The position numbers and the translations under genes are program-made. From Nageia nagi (lineage: Eukaryota; Plantae; Pinophyta), in assembly GCA_050084985.1 (NCBI GenBank), contig JBITNC010000001.1, positions 159,030,001-159,094,000 on the forward strand: a stretch of 64,000 nucleotides of DNA. The letters run 5' to 3'. Of the stretch, positions 55,001-64,000 are shown in pieces; position 1 is the first letter of the stretch; every line of letters starts with the position of its first letter. The notes under the pieces are model-generated. The model was not told the DNA's origin and did no database searches. It saw only the letters and a list, made by a program, of their open reading frames with translations.

Positions 55001-56121
55001 TGTTTGATCAAGGACTCGGATCATCTGGCATCTTTGTAAGGATTGCTTCTAGAACAAAAACTAAAAAGGGATGCAAAAGTTACGCAAAGAAAGTGAAAAA
55101 TAAAAGAAAAATAGTAAGGAAGATTGGAGATGGTTAGAGGCATATGAGTTCAGCCCTCTTGCATCGAACTCCACCGACGATTACAATGTCTGAATGCCAA
55201 GTTCCTCCGGGTTTGTTATAAGTTCCGCATATCCACATTCCTCTCATACTAGCCAATGACACGAATGATCTAGAAGAAGGAATATCCTCTCACACTAGCC
55301 AACAACATGAATGGCCTACAGGAGGGAGCAAGCATCTAAGGGTAATGGTGTTGGTTGTGTCACAAATGGCACCTTTAACATGTGGATGAAGTTCTCATGC
55401 TAAACGTCATAGGGGAACGCAATTCAGAATTATTCAAGTCTAGTTTCATACCATGAGCAATCACCAACTATGCATTACATTCAACACTTCAAAAGAATAA
55501 TCAACCACTCCTTCACCCACCTCTCAAGAGGTTTGCAAAATGTTCCAAATGTCTATGTAAAACACACCAATGATACCATCACATGCCAAAGCTCATAGTC
55601 ACATAAAAACGGAGTTGCGCAAGTTAATTCAAAAGATCATGCAACATTCACAATAGACAAGTGCTTAATAGAAAGAATTACTCTACACATCTAATTGCAA
55701 ATGTTCACGTCCGAAATCCGAAATTCCATCCTCCTTACAAATAAGCATCCAAGGGGTATAAATAGTTTTTCATAGCAACACTAAGTGTTGCCCTAACCCT
55801 AATACATATTCCAAAAAAATTAAAAGAGGTCCAATGAAAATCTGCCACATGGTGTTACAAGATTTCCGCAACACCTGTGGGAGCAAATCCTCAATTAATC
55901 ATAGGGTTGAAATTAAGTTCAACAAGTTTTTGAAATTCAAACTAAAAATAAAATTGCCATAAATAAAATGAGATAAAATTGTTGCATTTGCAACATCACG
56001 CCTAAATGCTTCTTTGGCACTCAAGAATTCATCCATTCCTCTCGCCTCTACAACACTAGGCTCAGAACCTTCAACATTTGCTTGTTGACGATATCCCTTG
56101 TTCTTTAGCGGACACCTTGTC

Positions 56122-56532
56122 TCAAAGATGATATAGTCTTAGAGGCGTGTTCTCCTCTTCATGGTTCAATTTCTCTTGGCTCTCCTCCAGTTCCTTAGCG
56201 AGTCTGGTGATGTCTTTGATTCGCTTTGCCCCAATGGTCTCAACTTTACCAATTTCGATCTTCAGAGTATGGGCCTCCAAGTGTTGAGGTATATCTAGAT
56301 CTTTGTTCAGGAAGACCTTGGTGATAGAAAATGTATTATTGACCTTGAAGATAAATTTACTCACATAGTGAGTCATCATGGATTCATGTTCTACTCTATG
56401 GCTGGGGTCTTCATGTAATGCTCATGTTGAAGCTGCAAGATCAATATTGGATTCCTGGCTTGATGAGGCACTGTTGGTCGTCACTACTTCTGGCTTGACC
56501 TCTTTCTCTTGTGCCTTGGGGTTTGTCTCCAT
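56122..56532 (-). pseudogene. 136-codon ORF of unknown function inside the solo LTR (single internal TGA)
   Basis: METNPKAQEKEVKPEV...AST*ALHEDP...LAKELEESQEKLNHEEENTPLRLYHL; upstream CCTATAAAAAGG at ~56706-56695. Confidence 0.5.
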
Positions 56533-56869
56533 TTTTATGCTTGATGTGAAGTAATACCCCGATCGTCTTAGCAAATGGAGAGGGAGGGTTTTCTTCAATC
56601 ACCCTAAAGACTTCAAAAGGATTTTTCTGTCTAGGTGCTTTAGTGAAGTTGGCAAGAGGGACCAATCTAGTCAGGTAAGAACGAAGATCACTTTCCTTTT
56701 TATAGGCATTTTTATAGGTGTTTTTAGGGATTTTTGCTACCCTAGTCGGCTATGATTGGTCAAAATGGACGTAAAATGTTCTTCTCCCTTCGATCTGGCC
56801 AACCTAGGGATGTGTGATTGCCAAGATTTTAAAGTTAAGCTCTTTGGGCTCCAAGAGAGTCTTCTAGGC

Positions 56870-57860
56870 TAGCACATGCTAGAAAAAGTCACCAGTTTGT
56901 CTTTTTTTCTCATGCGCCAAGTCTGGGAATTCAATAGGATTCCTATGCAAGTCTTCTTGGTTTTCAACTTGTCTCTCTCACCCTTGCTCTAGCTTTCTAG
57001 CTTCAAGTTCTTTGTGATTTCACCTTTTCTTGGACCCAAGCTTGTCCAATTTCCACCTTAAAGTCTTTCTAGGCGCTCCTCAAGCTTGGCGCAAGCCACA
57101 AAAAGTCACCCTCCTGTCTTTTGTTTTCTATGCACCAAGCTTGCCAATCTCTCCAATTTGGGCATATGCCAAAAAAAGTCACATCCTGTCTTCTGGAGGC
57201 ATGCACCTGCCTTCTTTTACCCAGTTCAACTTGATTTTGGGCTAATGAGATCCTAAATTGACCATTTTTCACCTTTGAAGCCATATGGACCTCCTCCTGG
57301 GCTTGGCGCTGCCAAAAAAAGTCACTTTCTTGTCTTTTGAACTCATGCACCAACCCTATACACATGTTTGATTTTGAAGCGTCATAATCATGACTTTCTG
57401 AGTCATGCGTTAGGTCTCCTAGGTCGACATGAACAAGTTTGGATGTCTTCTTTTTGTGCCTTAGCCAAATTTCCAGCTCCAAAATGCTTCCTTTCTTTCT
57501 CAAGACCCTAGCACAAGTGGGTGCCTCACTTCACTAAATTTCACCCTGACTCCGACCTGTGCTCCTCTTGCTGGTTGGCAAATGCCCCAAAAAGTCACAA
57601 TCATGACTTTTTGAGTCATGTGCTGACTCTTCGGGAGACCCAGTTCGTCTTCTTGTTGCTTGATCTTTACTCTGGAAGCCTTTCTTATCTCGCGCATGTC
57701 AGAAAAAGTTACAAACATGACTTTTTTTCTCATGTGTTGGGTTCTTGGTGACTTGCATTTGCTTAGCTTGGTTCTGAACTTCACCAGAAAGACTCCTTCC
57801 AACTAGCGCATGCCAAAAAAAAGTCACAAACTTGTCTTCTAGAGGCATGCGCTAGCCTCT
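56870..57860. repeat. Dispersed direct/inverted motif array (AAAAAGTCAC / CATGACTTT) within the solo LTR
   Basis: Motif recurs at about 56884, 57100, 57174, 57316, 57589, 57704, 57818. Confidence 0.7.
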
Positions 57861-58275
57861 TGGAGGCTAGCTTTCACCTTCCTTTGCTTTGAAATTGCCC
57901 TGGGTCCCCTAATTACTCCTAATTTGACCTTCCTATTTCCAAACTAGACATTTTCGAACACTTTTGGATTCGAACCACTATGGCTAGGATTGGGGAATGC
58001 ATAACACTTAGTTCTTGGCAGGATGATGAATAATGTGACCAGGTAAGTGAGGCATTAGGCTTTGCACCATAAGACTTGGGTGAAATGTTTGGGTCCCCTA
58101 AATTGCGAAATTTTGGGGCATGTTGTGTTAGTCACAATACCAAGCAAAAGCAAAAGAAGCTTGATGAGAAATCCATGAAATGCATTCTTCTTGAGTATAG
58201 CAATGAGTAGAAGGCTTATCGACGTATGGATCCTACCACTAAGAAGATATATACCAATGGAGATGTAATTTTTGG

Positions 58276-61200
58276 CATTGTTATCAAAATCGCCAAAAAT
58301 CGGCGATTTCGCAATTGCTCCCCAAAAAACAATACAATATGGAATGGAAATCACTTTTTTCAAAATCGGTTAATTTTTGGGGATTCCGATACCGATTTCG
58401 GTAGAAATCACAATTTCTAAAGATCAGAATCAGTCAATTGGGCAAAAAAGAAAAATATAAAAAACACCAACCCAATCTCATTTTTATTTCATTTTGTTGC
58501 TTCTCTTGGTTGTTGCAGGTATGAGAAAGTTTGTTGGGGAGGTAGAAAAGCATTTTAGAGCTATCCAAGTGAATTTTTCTGCAACCTATCGATTTGGCCT
58601 TGAATTTGGAGGATCCAATACCCACCAAAACCCAAAATAATAAGAAAAGGTAAATATTTTTCTTCTTCCCATATTTTAAATTGGTTTTTGCGGTTTAGGG
58701 TTAATAAATTAAGAGTTCATATTACATAATCCATGTGTGTGGAATTGTGGAGTTTATTTTTTTAATTTTTTAATCAAATTGTTAGAAATTTAGTAATTCC
58801 TTGGGTTTTTAATTGTTGTTTTTTTTGGTTGCTTGTTTCATGTTTCCATGTGTAGGATAATGGCAAGAGGCCAACCATTAGGAAAGAAAGACCCCATTTG
58901 GATATATGTAACAAATAGGGAAAAAAGGGGAGAAGTAATTTACAATTTTTGTGACCGAAAAATAATTGGAGGCATATTCTAACTCAAGAATCATCTAGCC
59001 AAGAAAAAAGGGCAAAATGTAAGTCCTTGCACTCGTGTGCCTATTGATGTTGAACATGAATGTATTGCATCCCTACCTGATTTTAGTGAGAGGAAGTAGA
59101 TGAAAAGAAAGCAAAGTGATATGATGGCAGCCCCCTTCGTTCTAAAGACTCATCTAGCATAGCATCATCACCATTTGGTAGGGCAAGAGTTTGAGGTGCA
59201 TGTAGAGCTAGGTCATCAATTATGGCTAGGACTAGGAGTGGGAATGAGGACCTTACATCACTTATTGGTTCCAGGACAATTGCATAGGCCACAATGCCTG
59301 GTATGGTAGCATTTAATGAGAGACATATGGTAGCCATGAAGGCAACGAGATGTTCAAAACTTTTCTTCAATAGCAACGAGATGTTCGAAATTAGGGGTTG
59401 CACTATTATGTCAGATGGATGGACAAATACTTCAACAAGACACTACTTAATTTTATGGTTGCAACTTCAGATGGTATTGTGTTTTTAAAATCCTTAGATG
59501 CAACCCGCCATGTCAAGAGTGGCATTCTTCTTGCACAATTGTTGGGTGATGTATTAGAGGAGGTACGACTTGAAAATGTTGTCCAGATAATCACGAACAA
59601 CCCTACAACAAGGAAGAAGCTAGAGGATAGATTTCCCACTCTTGTTTGGACCTCATGTGCAACTCATTGCTTAGACTTATTGCTAGAGGGCATTGGGAGA
59701 TTGCCTTGGGTTATGCAAATCATGTAGAAAGCCAAGTCAATCACAAAATACATTTACAACCAATTGTGGGTTTTAAATGTGATGAGAGAGTACATTGGAG
59801 GCAAGCAAATAGTGCAATCTAGCGCAACATGATTTGCTACAAATTTTATCACATTCTAAAGACTCTTCAATGCATAGGTTGATAACTTGATTATAGATTA
59901 CAATTTAGTATTTATGCAATAATAAATATTATTATTTTTAGTTGTTTACTACGAACTTTTACTTGATTTCTAGGGAGCATTGCAGAAAATGTTTGTTGGT
60001 GATAAGTGCAACACAAATGTTGGAGACAAGTACAAAAACACCCTGAGTGGAGGATAGTTTATGATATCATATTTGAGAAGCCCTTTTGAGATGCCATGGA
60101 AGAGGCAATCAAGATACAACAACAACTTGTGTTTGAAAACATAAATAGATTTTTTTTGTCTTTTAATTTTTTGTTAATAATGTTTTTTTCCAAGTTATGG
60201 AGCCTTTGGTGACATTTCTTTGTATTGTTGATAGAGAAAAACACCAAAAGCTTTATGCTTTTTAGGCCATGGAGAGGGCCAAGGAATCAATCAAAAGCTT
60301 TTATGATGGTGTGGAGAACATATATAGGCCAATTTGGGAGATCATTGATGAACGTTGGACCAATCAACTTCATAGCACCAGCATACTACCTTAATCCACA
60401 ATTCTAGTTTGGGAAACAAATGTGTACAAGCTATAAGGTGTTGAAGGGATTAAGGGAGAGCATTGACAGTTTAGCGGATGATGATGAAGTTCAACCCAAG
60501 ATTCAGAGTGAGCTTCAATGTTACAAGAAAGTCGAGGGTTCCCTCCTAAAAATCACCTAAAGCCATGAAATAAAAATCAATCATGTTGCCACGTAAGTTA
60601 TTTTAATTTTTTATTTTCATATTTTACATGTGAAAATTGAAATTATGAAGTATCAAGTCTCTTTTTTTGTTGTTTATTTCCATATTTATGGTGGGAGTAT
60701 TTTGGTTCATATACACCCAACCTGATGTGTTTTGCAATACGCATTGTCTCAATCATGTAACGCTTCAAGTTGTGAGCACAATTGGAGTATTTTTTAGTAC
60801 ATACACTCCAAGAAGATGAATAGATAGACACAGGAAAAATTGAATGATCTTGTGTTTTGTCACTACAATTTACTCTTCCACCACAAACAAGTAACAAAAA
60901 CAGGTTCGAGTTATAAAGCCATTGACTTGGAGTAAATTGATCCATCCTCTGATTGGATCACGGAAACTTAGCAACAAGGGCAGCCCCAAGAGGAGGATCC
61001 CACCTTGAAATTCAAGGATCTTGAGCAACTTGCTAAGAAGTTAGTGGCAAAGTGAGAGGAAGAGGAAAGGGCACAAACATCAACAGCAACACAATCACAG
61101 CCAAAGGCACAAGGAGAGACAATCACACATGCAACAATAGCACAGAGGGAGCTTAGAGCTTACGCTAAAGCAAAGGGCAAAGGAAAACAAACATAGTTTT

Positions 61201-61538
61201 TTTTTTAAACACCAAATTATGTATTTTGTGATAGCTCATGAGACATGAGCACATTTTGTACTTACTACTTAGTGGTTCCTACTGCAAACATTTTGATTAA
61301 GACATTATACAAGATATGCCCTTTCCTCTTCTTAATTTCATTTTTGTATATTTTTGTGTTAAGTGTGTTAGAACTTAGAACAAGTTTAAAAACTAAGTAA
61401 TCAGTAATATGCATAAGAAAACTTAAATTTTCAAAGAAAAATTCCATATTTTTTCATTTTTTTATTCTTTGATTTTTGTTGATTCCGACCCCGAAATCAA
61501 CAAAACAATTCCGATCCATTTCGCTATTTACAACAATG
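58276..61538 (+). mobile_element. hAT DNA transposon with decayed, intron-containing transposase (zf-BED, DUF659, hATC)
   Basis: TIRs CATTGTTATCAAAATCGC / GCTATTTACAACAATG; degenerate 8-bp TSD ATTTTTGG / GTTTTTTA whose removal restores Copia DVIF(D/Y)E; KDPIWIY...NFC...GGIF*LKNHLA, GCTIMSDGWT, WTSCATHCLDLLL, WWEYFGS...SSCEHNWS. Confidence 0.92.
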
Positions 61539-62434
61539 GTTTTTTACGAGAAGAATGATTCTAACTCACCTTCCATATTATCACCTGCTCTAGATAATGC
61601 TTCTATATTCAACTTTGATGAGCATAGTGATGAGGTTGGGGATGATACAAATGAGAATAATGATGACCAATCAACATCCACAAATATCACACGACCTATG
61701 CCCAAGAGGTACACTAGTACCATTTGTGATGCAAAGTTGGATGGTGTCCTAGATCCATCAACTTATGAGATCAAAGTGCTTCTTGTATTGAGATATATCT
61801 ATGGTACCCTAAAACATGGTTTGGAATACAAGAAAAAGAATTTGATTGGATACACAAATTAAAACTATGTAGGATTTATTGATGATAGAAAATCAACATC
61901 AAGATTTTTCTTCTTTCTAGTATTTGGTCGAATATCTTGAAGAAGAAGTAAACCACAGTTGCTCGTTCCTCAACTGAAGCAAAATATCATGAGACAAGTG
62001 GAGCAATTTGACTACATCACATATTAGAAGCAATCCACAATCCTCTACTACGATAATCAACATGTTCTCAAGCCTGTTCATTATCTAATGTTTCATAGCA
62101 TACAAAGCACATGGAAGTTGATTGTTCAACAACACAATATACAACTTCAATTTTGTTCTACTCAAGAACGTGTAGATATCTTCACAAAGCCTCTAACACA
62201 TATTAAGTATAAAACCTTTGCATTTATCACATCACATTAATCTTGTGTTAGGTTTGTTATTATGTATTACACCATAATAGTTTTGTGTGTAGGATTTGTT
62301 TATATCCCTTATTGCACACATTAGTTTCATGATAATTACATGGGCTTCTTTCAGGTCATAAATAATCGATATTCATCTTTGTATAAATACTTTCTCATAA
62401 TACAAATCAATATAGCACCCAGGTTACTCTAACA

Positions 62435-64000
62435 CATTCAATCTCAAAACCACGCCCAAGAATCGCATGAAATATCCATAATAATAAACAAACAAATTAA
62501 ATATAGTAAATGGAAAGATAAACACACATCAAATAAATTGACACAAATATTTATATTGGTTTCTTCCAATGTGGAAGTACATCCAATCTTTGGCAGCCTT
62601 CTTATCAATTAATTGCAAGAAAATGTCATAAAACTCATAAGCATTGAGAATACAATGTCTACAACACCTTCTCTATCCTTTTACAAGCCTTCCAACACTC
62701 CACAATCAACTAAAATGGATCTATGACTCCTCAACAATCAAGAGAATAATAGAAAACCTTCTCTATCACCATGAGCAACTACAAATCACCAAATAACTTC
62801 TCTAGATCATCAATAACCCTTCTATGAATTGTCCAAGTAGTTTTATTCTCGAATTACGACACCCCTTAGGCTTCCTCAAGTGTTACAACTCCCAAGAACC
62901 ACTTCAACTTCCTAAAAACATGTTATGGTTGATCAACGTTGGCGTTGAGCTTCATGTACAAAAACTTGAATAGAAACGCAATACCAATATGACATCATGT
63001 AGAAGTCCTTTTGGTTATTGAATTACCTTTTCATACTTATTCAAGAATGTTGGTATGTCAAAGGGCATATTTTTCTCTTCTTCTTTGAACTCCATACAAG
63101 AAATTTGTGTTGCCACTCTTGCTCCTTTTCAAAGTATCTTTTCTATCTTATGTGAGCTCACGACTTTCGAAGTGGGTGCTTGCAATGCTTGCAACCTAAT
63201 TTGCCTCGCATCTCTTGTCCATTGTACATAAGGCTTTTGAAAATTCATAGTGATGTCTCCCAATTGAGTCATCCATTGGGAACCTAACACTATGTTTGCT
63301 CCACCTAAACCCATAGCATACTACATTTCAGTCCATGCATAGTTATCCATTGTAAATCTTGTATTCAAAACCTTTCTTACATGTTATACCTCCATTGGGA
63401 ATCAAAACATTAAAGTTTCCTACAATTTGCACATATAGTCCTAATTTATTTACTATATCTCTAGTTCCCCACTAATGAAATTGGGAGTGCTACAAGAATA
63501 AATTAGTATAATCACACTTTGATTTTTAACAAAACCTTGTACCCTAATTGTTTGATTATGCCAAAAATTGAATGTCGTATCTCCTCATCATCTATTGTCT
63601 TTGCCTATTGATGGGGTCTCCCTCTTGCTCTATTTCTTATTGGGTACACTCTTCCCCATCACCTAAAGTTTTTTCTTTCTTCACACACATGACCTATATT
63701 CTATTTCCCTTTGCAATCCTTGATCGCTCATTGCGTCATTGTATTTGCCTCTAGGTTTATGCTCATTTCTAGGGTTTTATAAAGATCCAAATACAATATC
63801 AAGTGCAAAATGCTTAAAACACACAAGTAAACCCAAACATTTGGTCTAGGGCATCTAGATAATGCATACACAACCCCACAAAGCCAACGTTTGGCCCAAA
63901 TTGGCAGATAACAATATACAACACTGCAAAATGCCAACATATGGCTCATACATGCAAAGATAATTCAACATTGAAAACATGAACAAGTACACAATGTAAA
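62435..64000 (-). mobile_element. Gypsy (chromovirus-like) gag/protease remnant with adjacent LTR-like segment
   Basis: MGLGGANIVLGSQWMTQLGDITMNF (63129-63314) parallels the protease at 38891-39178; 62435-62935 resembles 48155-48700. Confidence 0.65.

Larger units (their letters stand above)
54801..58139 (-). mobile_element. 3.34-kb solo LTR (Gypsy-like) inserted in the Copia integrase
   Basis: Ends TGTTG...CAATA (decayed CAACA); TSD CCAAG (54796-54800, 58140-58144); removal restores HIPK|QKQKKLDEKSMKC. Strand inferred from TATA-like motifs. Confidence 0.88.
52174..62434 (+). mobile_element. Ty1/Copia element with ~188-bp LTRs (52174-52360, 62246-62434), RT largely deleted, two nested insertions
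   Basis: TGTTAGG...CTAACA direct repeats; degenerate PBS CGGCATCATAAC; gag UBN2-like (53189-53446), LMHTDLCGP, YTPKKNGVAK; integrase tail resumes at 58140 and 61539; VLRYIYGT and DIFTKPL at the 3' end. Confidence 0.9.

Noticed and set aside
57069-57802. 144-aa and 100-aa ORFs as genes
   Set aside because: They run through the GC-richer AAAAAGTCAC motif array of the solo LTR and have repetitive translation with no domain features.
61476-61862. 128-aa ORF as a novel gene
   Set aside because: Chimeric read-through of the hAT right end, the Copia integrase-RT linker and a post-deletion RT tail.

Overview
AT-rich, CpG-depleted eukaryotic plant DNA, most likely a conifer or other gymnosperm (inferred from the PPR motif style and TE families, not provable here). 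There are no intact long ORFs; the window is a deep stack of nested, decayed transposons. Outer layer: an LTR element whose 5' LTR ends at 36 and whose 3' LTR (12112-47379) appears to be split by two CACTA insertions, each flanked by ATT/ATT. One is a 1.07-kb Pack-CACTA carrying a PPR gene fragment (13779-14850). The other is a putative ~30-kb CACTA (15367-45314) containing TnpD remnants, a telomere-like tract and a rearranged PLS-class PPR array ending in a DYW domain, itself invaded by Tat/Ogre, chromovirus and solo LTRs. The left part also holds a non-autonomous Copia-like element (2338-10841, TSD AGGAC) whose 5' LTR contains a TIR element with an unusual 4-bp TSD. The right part holds a truncated Copia, a small island of apparently genuine host exons with a GC-AG intron (51358-52072, minus), and a Copia (52174-62434) split by a 3.3-kb solo LTR (TSD CCAAG) and a hAT element. 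Best candidate for a new system: CACTA-mediated capture and mobilisation of PLS/DYW PPR (RNA-editing factor) sequences.
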